A stretch of DNA of 64,000 bases, taken from contig NC_043021.1 of assembly GCF_006345805.1 (NCBI RefSeq), positions 5,146,001-5,210,000 on the forward strand. The letters run 5' to 3'. Shown here one piece after another: positions 12,601 to 24,878 of the stretch. The notes under the pieces are model-generated. The model saw only the letters and a program-made list of their open reading frames with translations, had not been told where the DNA came from and made no database searches. The stretch's first letter is position 1. Each line of letters opens with the position of its first letter. Made by a program: the position numbers and the translations under genes. Origin of the DNA: Octopus sinensis. Taxonomy: Eukaryota.

Positions 12601-15134
12601 TTCATTTTGTGTGTGTGCATAACATTTTTATACCTGGTTTTCCATGTTGGTCTGGATTAGACAACTGTTTTCTGAGTTATTTTATAGCAGGATGCTCTTC
12701 CTGTCACCAACACATTTTTTTTCTATTCATCATCATCATCATCGTTTAATGTCCGCTTTCCATGCTAGCATGGGTTGGACGATTTTGACTGAGGGCTGGC
12801 GAACCAGATGGCTGCACCAGGCTCCAATCTTGATCTGGCAGAGTTCCTACAGCTGGATGCCCTTCCTAACGCCAACCACTCTGAGAGTGTAGTGGGTGCT
12901 TTTTACGTGCCACCGGCACGGGGGCCAGTCCGGCAGTACTGGCAATGACCTCGCTCGAAAGTGAGAAATTTCAATTTAATACACAACTAAAAGAGCTGCT
13001 AATTTAATACCAAAAGGTGATCTTTATATCCACCTTAACACGGATGTATTGCAAGAACACTGAATACTGCATTATTAGCTTTGAGACCCTCTCAGATGTT
13101 TGGCTCATGAAAGCACACATAGATCGTCGCAGATGAAATTTGTCTGTCATGGGTGCCAGAACTCTCCTATCATATGGATTTCAAACCATTGGACATTTTC
13201 AATGAATGCATCCAGTCAGTGCCTGCAAGTCAAATACACTTGAACAAAATTGTGGTCTTGGTCCTACTGTGTGGCACCTTGGGTAAGTGTCTCCTACTAA
13301 AGCCCCAGGTCAATACCTTGTCAGAGAAAAATTTGGTGGATGAAAACTACGTGGAAGCCCGTTGTGTGTGTTTGCATTTGTCCCCCACCACTTGACAGCC
13401 GGTGATGGATTGTTTATGTCGTTTATAACTTAGCAGTTTGCCAAAAGAGAGTGACAGAATAAGCACCTGACTTCAGAAATTAATATCTGACATCAGTTCA
13501 TTTAACTAAATCCTTCAAGACAGAGTCCCAGGTTGGCTGCAGTCCATAAGCCTGAAGCAAGTAGTATGATATTCTGTGAGACTGTGTGTGCGTGCATGCA
13601 TGTGCGTGCATGCATGTGTGTGTGTGCATGCATGTACACTTTGGGTAGAATATAGAGTAGCGTGTTTACCCAGGAGCTGGTTTGTGACAGCCTACAGTAC
13701 GATGCTTTCGGTCATATTATCATTAGTGAAGATAGGCGCAGGAGTGGCTGTGTGGTAAGTAGCTTGTTTATCAGCCACATAGTTCCGGGTTCAGTCCCAC
13801 TGCGTGGCATCTTGGGCGAGTGTCTTCTGCTATAGCCCCAGGCCGACCAATGCCTTGTAAGTGGATTTGGTAGACGGAAACTGAAAGAAGCCCGTCGTAT
13901 ATATGTATATATATATGTATGCGTGTGTGTGTTTGTGTGTCTGTGTTTGTCCCCCTAGCATTGCTTGACAACCGATGCTGGTGTGTTTATGTCCCCCGTT
14001 ACTTAGCAGTTCGGCAAAAGAGACTGATAGAATAAGTACTGAGCTTACAAAAAGAATAAGTCCCGGGGGTCGAGTTGCTCGATTAAAGGCGGTGCTCCAG
14101 CATAGCCGCAGTCAAATGACTGAAACGAGTAAAAGAGTATAGAGTATATGTTGCCTAGATGAGATTGGCTGTTGCTGAAAGGCAATGTCACATGAGATGG
14201 AAGATAGATTGGTGGAGTAACAGGGTCATGTGGTTCTGAGCAAGCTCAGTTGTATGTGTATATGTGCACATGCATATACATATGCACACAAGCATTCATG
14301 CACATAGTATATGTGAACGATTTGTTATTGATGACAAATTGGAGTGTTTTGCATATTTTGACAGCATAATTAAAGGATTGGATCTATAATTGGTTCCATT
14401 GTACTATGGCACTTAATTACTTAAATAATTATCAAGGTTAGAAATAGGAGACTGTCAGGGTAATGACACTTGTAATGAGTTTCTAATTAGTTGTCTGTAG
14501 ATGTTTATTATTATTATGGTGGCAAGCTGGCAGAATCGTTAGCACGCTGGACGATATACTTAGCAGTATATTATTGCCCATTGCTATGTTCCAAGTTCAA
14601 ATTCCACCAAGGTCAACTTTGCCTGTCATCCTTTCAGGGTCGAGAAATTCAGTACCAGTTGTGTACTGGAGTCAGTGTGACCATCCGTCCCCTTCCTCAC
14701 AAAATCCAGGCCTTGTGCCTATTGTAGAAAGGATTATTATTATTATTATTATTACGAGTTGGCAGAATCATTAACACGCCGGACAAAATGCTTAGTGGTA
14801 TTTTGTCCGCCGTTACATTCTGAGTTCTGAGTTCAAATTCTGCCAAGGTCATCTTTGCATTTCATCCTTTTGGGGTCAATAAATTAAGTACCAATGAAAC
14901 ACTGGGATTGATGAAATTGACTAGCCCCCTCCTCCAAAATTTCAGGCGTTGTGCCTTCAGTAGAAAGGATTATTATTATGGGTTTTTCTTTCAATTTTGC
15001 TACCATTTCTTGCCGAGTGTCTTCCTGATTCTTCGGGCTAAGAAACTCATTGTATACATTGATAGACAACTAAACTAAGCACATGGGATTGTTCATTTTT
15101 GAAATAAAATGAAGTAATGTGTTAAGGAAAAAAA

Positions 15135-15570
15135 TGTGCCAGCAGCACATAAAAAGCACCATCCGAACGTGGCCGATGCCAGCACCGCCTTGACTGGCTT
15201 CTGTGCCGGTGGCACGTAAAAAGCACCATCCGAACGTGGCCGATGCCAGCGCCGCCCTGACTGGCTTCCGTGCCGGTGGCACGTAAAAAGCACCGTCCGA
15301 ACGTGGCCGATGCCAGCGCCGCCTCGACTGGCTTCCATGCCGGTGGTACGTTAAAAGCACCAACCGATCGTGGCCGCTGCAAGACTCTCATGGCACGTAA
15401 AAAGCACTCACTACACTCGCGGAGTGGTTGGCGTTAGGAAGGGCATCCAGCTGTAGAAACACTGCCAGATCAGACTGGAGCCTGGTGCAGCCTCCTGGCT
15501 TCCCAGACCCCGGTCGAACCGTCCAACCCGTGCTAGCATGGAAAACGGACGTTAAACGATGATGATGATG
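15135..15570 (+). mobile_element. Meta-domain SINE-like repeat with internal ~60-bp tandem units and (GAT)n tail
   Basis: ttggcgttaggaagggcatccagctgtagaaac core; tail ggacgttaaacgatgatgatg; copies at 10423-10730(-), 12728-12960(-), 28890-29035, 35335-35452, 41779-41946(-), 48509-48686, 49855-50272, 51045-51525, 57240-57905, 61528-61685. Confidence 0.75.
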
Positions 15571-15815
15571 TTTAGTAATTGTTCTAGATGGTAAGCCAAG
15601 GATCAATAATAAATCTCTGAACGAGGTATAAACAGTAACTGCACGACAATGTGAGGTATATTTGCCATCTCAGTATGGCTAACCACTAAGGGTGGGTGTT
15701 ACTGTAGCTTGTAGCCCCAGGAGAACATCTCCTCCAGCTGGCTATAGACACACTTTCTGTGCCCTATCGGTATTTGCAAAGGGAGGTCATCCTTCCCTCG
15801 TCAACCTAAGTGATA

Positions 15816-15860
15816 CGCACGGACTGCAGTTTCTGGGTATTGACCCATCATCAGCGCACG
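15816..15860 (-). ncRNA. Minimal type-I hammerhead ribozyme
   Basis: Minus strand reads cgugcg-CUGAUGA-ugggu(caau)accca-GAAA-C-ugca-GUC-cgugcg: full catalytic core, 5-bp stem II, palindromic stem III, 6-bp stem I with two G-U pairs. Confidence 0.85.
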
Positions 15861-16007
15861 ACAATCACCGGTTTTCGATGAAAGGAGTTCCCAATGCAAA
15901 TATTTATATCCTTTTTCCTGTAACTTTTCGTCACTGATCTTGAAAGAGTGTATGTCCAATAATTTTCATATTATTATTATTTGCCCTGGTGGTAAATAAA
16001 AGAAATG

Positions 16008-16058
<51 letters not shown>

Positions 16059-16092
16059 TATTTTATTTTATTTTCTCTCTTTCAATTTTCAG

Positions 16093-16155
16093 GTCCTTCA
16101 GCAATTGTCAGAGTTGGAAATGATTAGAAATGGAGAAAAGCGGATGGTGAGGTGA
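16093..16155 (+). CDS. Candidate terminal coding exon of the same unidentified gene
   Basis: Strong acceptor ttttctctctttcaattttcag; reads (G)PSAIVRVGND* (stop 16125-16127) or VLQQLSELEMIRNGEKRMVR* (stop 16153-16155); followed by about 5 kb of SINE-free UTR-like sequence. Confidence 0.4.
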   Translation, partial: VLQQLSELEMIRNGEKRMVR

Positions 16156-17260
16156 CAGGTGAAAGTTCATACTTTGGTACTAAAGGAAAAAAAAAAAACA
16201 CAAAGAAATATGGGGAGGCGGGGAAGATAAAAAAAAGAAAAAGAAAAAGAAGGCAGCAGTTTCTTCTGTGGCACTGAGAGGATGGCTGGATGGATGGAGC
16301 TTTTGGCAAGTTGGGCTTGTTGAAAAATCTTGCATTTACTCAGGATTAATTGGGACAGTTTGCTCCGCATGCCTCTACCTCTCCCACCATCATTCTTTCT
16401 ATTTGTGTTGTTGCTGGGGTGGTTTGGGGGGTGGGGTTGTTGATTTTTTTTTTTTTTTTTGCAAACAATTTGTTTCTGGGAAATTTTTTTTTTTTTGAAG
16501 TTTTGGTAAATGTAAAAAAAAAAAAATGCCCATTAAAGAAAGCAAAAAATATAGAGAAAAAAAAATTTTTTTTTTTTAAAGTTTAAAAAAACAACCAAAA
16601 AAAATTTGAATGACACATTCACACACACACATACACATACATACATATGCACACACATATACGCACATGCGTGCATGCACATGCATACAAATGCACATGC
16701 GTTCTTGTTGGGGGAGGGGGTCATTTTAATTACCTGTCTGGATCATTCCTAACAAAGCACTAATCCAGTGGCTACAGAATTTAACTTTCACCTTGTTTCC
16801 CCCTGCCTCCTCCTCCTTCACCCCCCCTTCACACACACACACACACACACACACACATTCACTCAATTTCATTCTTCCTTTCTCTCTCTCTCTCTCACTT
16901 TCTTGCAGGATAAACTAGTATTAAAAAAACAAACAAAAAAAAGTGAAGGAAACTAGAAAAACAAGAAATTTTAAAATTTGGAAAAAAAAAAATTTTTTTA
17001 ACTCAACAACAACAACAACAATAATAATAATAAAAATAATAAAAATGACAGCTCAGCTTTTGGAATAAATATATATAAACAAATGAATAAAGGGACAGAT
17101 TTTTCCTGGAATTTGATTGCTTAGCAGCTAGAATTGTGCCTTTTTTTGGAAGAACTGTTTGATCTCAAAAAAGAAAGTGTCTAGGTTGTTGGTTATATAG
17201 TTTACTTAAAGCATATTTATAACCTCACATATATATATATAATAATTATAACTATATATA

Positions 17261-17530
17261 TATAATTATATGTATATAATGATTATATAAATATATATAA
17301 TTATATGTATATAATGATTATATAAATATATATAATTATATGTATATAATGATTATATAAATATATATAATTATATGTATATAATGATTATATAAATATA
17401 TATAATTATATGTATATATATGTATATAATGATTATATAAATATATATAATTATATGTATATACATGTATATAATGATTATATAAATATATATAATATGT
17501 AATACATGTATATAATGGTTATATATATAT
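17261..17530. repeat. 35-bp AT-rich minisatellite
   Basis: Unit tataattatatgtatataatgattatataaatata, four exact copies then variants. Confidence 0.9.
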
Positions 17531-17719
17531 AATTATATATATAATATGATATATATATATAAAACGCTTGAAACAAGTAAAAAAAATAAGATGTTATGAT
17601 TTATGTATATGATATGTATATCATATGCATATATATATATGACTACATATGTATACAATATATATATCATACACATATATGTATGATTATATGTTTATAA
17701 CATGTGGTACATAGTGATA

Positions 17720-18215
17720 TATATAAGGTATGATGTATGATGGAAGATATATATGGTGTGATATATGACGGGATATATATATATGGTATGATATATGATG
17801 GATATATATGTATGGTATGATATATGATGGATATATATGGTATGATATATCATACCATATATATATATGGTATGATATATGATGGATATATATATGGTAT
17901 GATATATGATGGATATATATATATGGTATGATATATGATGGATATATATATATGGTATGATATATGATGGTATATATATATGGTATGATATATGATGGAT
18001 ATAATATATGGTATGATATATGATGGATATATATATATATGGTATGATATATGATGGATATATATATATGGTATGATATATGATGGATATATATATATGG
18101 TATGATATATGATGGATATATATATATGGTATGATATATGATGGATATATATATATGGTATGATATATGATGGATATATATATATGGTATGATATATGAT
18201 GGATATATATATATT
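17720..18215. repeat. ~29-bp minisatellite
   Basis: Unit ggtatgatatatgatgg plus variable (AT)n, roughly 16 copies. Confidence 0.9.
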
Positions 18216-18757
18216 TGTAGTAATGATGGAATATGTATGCATGTGTGTGAGTGTTCGCACACTAACAGCTTTCAGTCATTCTTCTCTAATTCTATTTATT
18301 CAAAACCCCATTTATAATTAGCAATGGTCTCTGAAATTTGTGACAGAAGTACATTTTGTTATGAGATATATTTGTGTTCGCCTGTGCAACATGCACACAT
18401 GCAATCTTGCATGCACTTGTGCATGTAGTGATGGAAGAAATGCAAGCAGATAGTTTTCAAATTTCTGTTGAATTAAAGTGAAATGCTATTTTGTACATAT
18501 ACCTTTGTATGTATGTGTGTGTGTGTGTGTATGTATGTATATATATATATATATCTGAATAGTAAATAGGCATTCATTTTTGAAAGATTTATCTCTAGAA
18601 AATGGTGTTAACCGAGGCATTAAGTATTTAGAAGATCTGCCTTGTGCAAGTTTTAATTATTTAACCCATTTGGGCATTATACTAATTAGTAGTGTCCACA
18701 CATAAAATGGTGTGATGTCTATTTACTTTTGGTATGTGTGTGTATATATACATATAT

Positions 18758-18868
<111 letters not shown>

Positions 18869-18914
18869 CTATATATATATAATATATATATATATATTAT
18901 ATATATATATATAT

Positions 18915-18946
<32 letters not shown>

Positions 18947-18950
18947 ATAT

Positions 18951-19028
<78 letters not shown>

Positions 19029-20589
19029 CATACATATGTATATATGCACACAAATATATAAGCATATGTGTGTTTGTGTATAATGCATTTCTAAACCAAG
19101 TGTTACTGAAGATGACATAATTTGTTTTGGTTAAGTCAAAAATATGACTTGCTGTGTAATGGAAGTAAGCCATTTACATGGTAAGCAAGAGATTTACGGT
19201 TCAATTCTTCGTCTGTGGATTCATCTTTTTTTTTTTTTTCTGATATAAATTTGTTAACAAATGTATGCTTAATATTTTTTTATAACAAAATTTTAGTTAC
19301 AATATCTGTATGACTATATGTGTGTGTGTATATACACATCTGTATAAACATGCATGTGTATATATTTGTGTTTATATGCTCATCATGCATATATGTATAT
19401 ATGTTCATGTATGTATATATCTATTTGCACATATATATTCACACACACACATATGTACATAGTAAGTTGGATGAAGTAGTATGTGCCATATTTTGGCCAG
19501 TGGGGGCTACATTAATAAACTAAAATGTGTGGGTCATTTTGGAAAGAATGAATGAAGTATATGGAAAAGGACAAAGAGAAACCCTTTCCCGTTTTCTCTC
19601 TCAGATTCTGGTGAAAAATAAAAAAAAAAATATTTAAAAAAAAATTTAACAATTGACAATTTAAAAAATATATAAATATATATTTAAGAGAAAAATTATT
19701 TTATGTAAAAAAAAAATTAAAAAGTATAAATGCTGAAAAAAAATATATAATTATAAAAAAGAACTAATTAGATTGTCTTCTGTAGGTTCCTGGAGAAAGG
19801 AAGCTGGAAAAAAAGGATTTCATGTTTTCTCTACTCTTTTCTCTTTGTCTTTCGTCTTCTCTTTCCCTCTCTCTCGGTAAAGAAAGAGACAGAAGTTTCC
19901 AATGTAAAAGTAGTTTCAATAATGTTAGAAATTGTTCGTTCCTCCAAAATAGCAAAACCTTCTGCATTTCCAGAAAGCAAAAAAAAAAATAATAATAATA
20001 ATAATAAATAATAAAAATAAAAAAAAACTGAAGGTTTAAACTTGAAAAACAAACAAAAAAAAAATTACAATTTAACCCCAGCTGTGATATTTTCTGCAAT
20101 GCTGTTTTTTTTTTTTTTAATTTTTTTTTTTTTTTCCTCTGTGAATTAAGTGAATTAATTAATTAATACCAGTAAACAGACAGGTGAGAAAATAGAGCTT
20201 TTCTGGTCATCCTCTGGACCAGAAACAGACAGGTGAGAGAGAAAATAAACTTTCTGGTGGCCCTCTGATATGGCTACAGAGAAGTATGAGGACTGAATTA
20301 TTATTATTATTATTATTATTATTATTTCCTTATAATGAGAAAATGAAGGATGGAAGCGAAAGAAAGAAAGAAAACGAGTTATTGGATGTTGTGTTGGTCG
20401 TTAATTTATGAATGTATATATTTGTTAACGAGTGATTCTGGCCTTGCTGGAGCACTGGCATGAATTGGTGTGTGTGTGTGTGTGTGTGCATATTTAATCA
20501 GAGAATGTGAGTGTCCAACTACAGAAAGAAACAAAAACAAAAACAAAAAAAAAATCATGAAAAATACAAAAAGAAAACATGAAACGTTT

Positions 20590-20619
20590 TTATATATATA
20601 TATATATATTATATATATT

Positions 20620-20652
<33 letters not shown>

Positions 20653-20992
20653 ATATATATATTATATATATATTATATATATATATTATATATATATTAT
20701 ATATATATATTATTATATATATATATTATATATATTATTATATATATATATATATTATATATATTTTATATATATATATATTATATATATATTATATATA
20801 TATATTATATATATATTATATATATATATATTATATATATATTATATATATAATTATATATATATTATATATATATTACATATATATATTATATATATAT
20901 TACATATATATATATTATATATATATTATATATATATATTATATATATATTATATATATATATTATATATATATTATATATATAATTATATA

Positions 20993-21033
<41 letters not shown>

Positions 21034-21156
21034 TATATATTATAATATATATATATATTATATATATTATATATATATATTATAATATATTATATATATA
21101 TATATTATATATATATTATATATTATATTATATATATATATTATATATATATATAT

Positions 21157-21190
<34 letters not shown>

Positions 21191-21200
21191 ATATATATAT
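20590..21200. repeat. A/T-only compound (TA)n/(TTATA)n microsatellite, ~600 bp
   Basis: Directly visible; similar tracts at 18740-19060, 37650-37855, 38905-39200, 40310-40980. Confidence 0.95.
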
Positions 21201-21703
21201 TAAAAATTTAATTCATGCATGGGGAAGTATATATGGCGAAATTCGAGATGTATTTTAAGAGAAAAAAAGATATATAATAAAATTTAAATTTACTAATTAT
21301 ATATATATATATATATATATGTAAGCAAACAAGACATTTTATATTTATTTATGTATTTATTTTATTTATTTGCTATTATCAGAGTGAATGTGAAGAAGGA
21401 AAAACAGGTTTCTGTAATTTATTACCATTATTATTATTATTAATATTACTGTTAATTAGCAATGGTTTGGCCGAATTGTTAAAGCGTCAGAAAAATATCT
21501 TTGTATTTGTTCCAGCTCTTTATGTTGTAGGTTCAAATTCCACCAAGGTCAAGTTTTGCCTTTCATCCCTCCCGGGGTTGATAAAATAAAGTACCAATTT
21601 GAGTACTGAGGTTAATAGTGATGACTAGTCCCCTTCCCTTCAAAATTGCAGGCCTTGTACATAAATTAGAAATAATTACTACTACTACAACAACTACTAC
21701 TAC

Positions 21704-21736
<33 letters not shown>

Positions 21737-23189
21737 AGGCGGTGAGCTGGCAGAATTGTTGACACGCTGGACGAAATGCTTAGCAGTATTTCCACCGATC
21801 GCTGCAGTCTGAGTTCAAATTCTGCCAAGGTTGACTTTGTCTTTCATCCTTTCAGGGTTGATGAAAGAAGTACCAGTTAAACACTGGGGTTCAATCGACT
21901 TGACCCCTCCCATAAAATTACTGGCCTTGTGCAAAAATTTTAAACCATTATTGTTGTTACTACTACTACTACTACTAAAGGTGGCAGAATCAGAAAAAAA
22001 AAAGGGCTGTGCAGTATTTGTTTCTGTTCTTTACATTCTGAGTTCAAGCCCTGCCAAGGCCAACTTTGCCTTTCATCCTTTCAGGGTCAAAGTAAACACC
22101 AGTCAAGTACTAGGACTGATGTAATTGAGAAACCTCATTCCTTAAAAATTGCTGGCCTTGTGCCTAAATTAGAAACATTATTGATGATGGATTGATAGTG
22201 TTATCTAAAATGCCTTGTGGTGTTTGTTTTGAGTTTAAATCCCACTAAAGTAGGCTTTGCCTTTCATCCTTCCAAATTAAAGGAGTTTGGAATAATGGAC
22301 TTTTCCACTGCCTTCCCCCCCCCCTCAAAATGAGGCCCTGTATTAATTCTTAATATTTGTTATATGGAGGTGGGGGGTGAAGACAGAATAGATTGTTAAA
22401 AAGTTTAGGGTGGGTGGGCAAGGTAATAGGTTTTTGGTGGTGGGTGAAAAAGTTTTTAAAAAAGCTGGTCCTAAAGATGAGCTTTCACCTGTGTGCTTTG
22501 ACTTTTCTCTGTCTTTTATGGCTTGTGTGTCTTGTTTAAGATTATATATTGTGTATGTATGTATATACATGTGTGCATATATGTGTGTGTGTGTGGTTCT
22601 TGGCAAGCTGACAGCTTTATAAACTGGTTTCCATCCTGGAAGCTTTAAATCAGAATGGAAACAAAATTTATGAAGCTGTAAGTTAATGAATAATAAAGGG
22701 TATATATATTCATACACACACCCTCTTTATGTATATATAATATACCTTTCATATATACACACACACACACATACATAAATACAATGCACTTGTTCCTGTG
22801 GACACACACACACACATACATACATACATATTTAGAATTTCTGAGAATTCTTATACACTAAGTTTGGATTAGGGTTCTCATTTTGATTGTTGTAGTTATG
22901 TTTTAACCATTGCAGCCTCTACCTCTTTCTTTGGGACAGCAGGAAAGAGCATTGTAATAGTTTAGAGAGCACAAGTTAAAAATCCTGGGCCAGTCAAACT
23001 GATATATGTATGTATATATATAAATCTGGTTCATGAGTAACAAATAGCACCACAAATATTTTGGATAGCTAATGGAGAATATCCCTTGTAAGGACAACTG
23101 AATGCGAACAATTTACCCTTATGGGGGTGGGTGCTTCTGCAAAAATATTGTAACTCTAACAGCCAAAATGACACTTGTGTATTCTACAC

Positions 23190-23315
23190 ATGTACTCTGT
23201 CATGTACAGTAAGTGCTTTAAAAAAAGAAAATCTTTATGCAAATGTTATAAATTTTATTAAATAAAAACTGAACTTTGAGTTTTTATTCACATCAAATGT
23301 TCAGTGTGTGTGTCT
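23190..23315 (+). terminator. Candidate polyadenylation region of the plus-strand gene
   Basis: AATAAA at 23261-23266 with upstream TGTA motifs and downstream T/GT-rich sequence; other AATAAA hexamers exist, so not unique. Confidence 0.3.
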
Positions 23316-24847
23316 ACGCAAAGATATAATTACATTGAATGCATTGAAATAGTTGCTATTCACTTTAGATGAACCTTACCTCAGAGCTACCTGGAGGTGT
23401 CTTCACAGTGTTAGGCCCTTGCTGACTGCTTAGACATTTTCTTCTGTCCTGTCTGATTCTGAGCAAGAGACGGGATCCATCATTATCTGAAGCTGTATTC
23501 TACCGAAACATCTGCTGGACAGGATATCAATTGTTCCCTTCCAAGCCTTCTAAACAAACATTGAAATGAATATTTCAGGCATTTCGTTGTGTTGTGACAT
23601 TAATAGATTCCTATTTTTGTGTGCATCTAAATTTCATTTAAATATTTTTTTTACCAGTAATTTTGGTTGGTTATCGCAGTTCAACTTATTTTCTAAAAGT
23701 TTGTATAAGAACTTACGTGCATGTACATCACACACACACAAACAGGTAGAATCAACAAAAAAAAAAGAAGTACTCCATCCAGTGAGTGATAAATATCAAT
23801 TTAAGGCACAACTGAAAGACCTTCTAATAACGTCATGCTTTTACAGTATCATAAAAGCATGTAACTATTGGTAGCTCTTTCGGTTCTGTATCAAATTTGA
23901 TTCCCTGCAGTGCATCATGTCATTGAGCAAGTCTCTTTGTCTCATGGTGCTCCAGCTGGCAAAAAATGATTGGTACCTGTAACTCAGAAAGGGCCAGTCT
24001 TGTCACATCCTGTGTCAGGCTGAATCTCCCTGAGAACTACATTAAGGGTACATGTGCAGGCTATTCCACTGATTGGATCAAGTGGAACCCTTGTAACCAA
24101 TGGAGTGCCTATTTTATCTATCAATGTACACACACACACACACTTTGCCCCTTCTCTGTGTGTCCACAGCCGCTGCACACAGCCAGCCGTGTTGTGTTAA
24201 CCAACATCTTCTGAACTTTGACCTTGGACTCGAGTCAATGTTTTCAACAGGCAGGCTGCTGTGAGTTTCATGTACTTCAATAGAACAAGGTGGAGTACTT
24301 ACTTCTGGAAGATCAAATTGTTTGTTTTTAATCTTTCCTTTCTTTCTAAAAACAAAACGAAAATCCGTATGTTCTCACCTGCATACACCTAATTTTATGT
24401 GCATTTATAATTGTGTGTGGTGTGTGTGTTTACAATTTTCATCTTCAGGCAATTATGACTGCATAAAAAGCTTAAAGCATTAGAGGAGGTTCAAAGGAAA
24501 ATATTAAAATGTTAAATGTCAAAAAAAAAAAAAAAAAAAAAACAGCAACATGTCATCTTTCAAATTTACAATCATTTATTTCTTTTTGTTTCAGGTGATG
24601 AACAGCAACCATCAGTTGCCATTCCTCATCTTTGTAACTGTCTGTCTCTGTTTGCTTTCCTTCTTTCTTTCTTTCTATTTTCCCTTGGCATCTGTTTCCA
24701 GGTTATCCCTATGGTGGCACCTTTAATATTAAATTTTTTTTTTTTTTTTATTGCTGCTGCAGTTGTTTGGCTCCCAGTCAGTCTTGACTGAATCAAGCTA
24801 TGATCATAGGCATACTAACCATGACCATCTCCCAGGATAATATTGAC

Positions 24848-24878
<31 letters not shown>

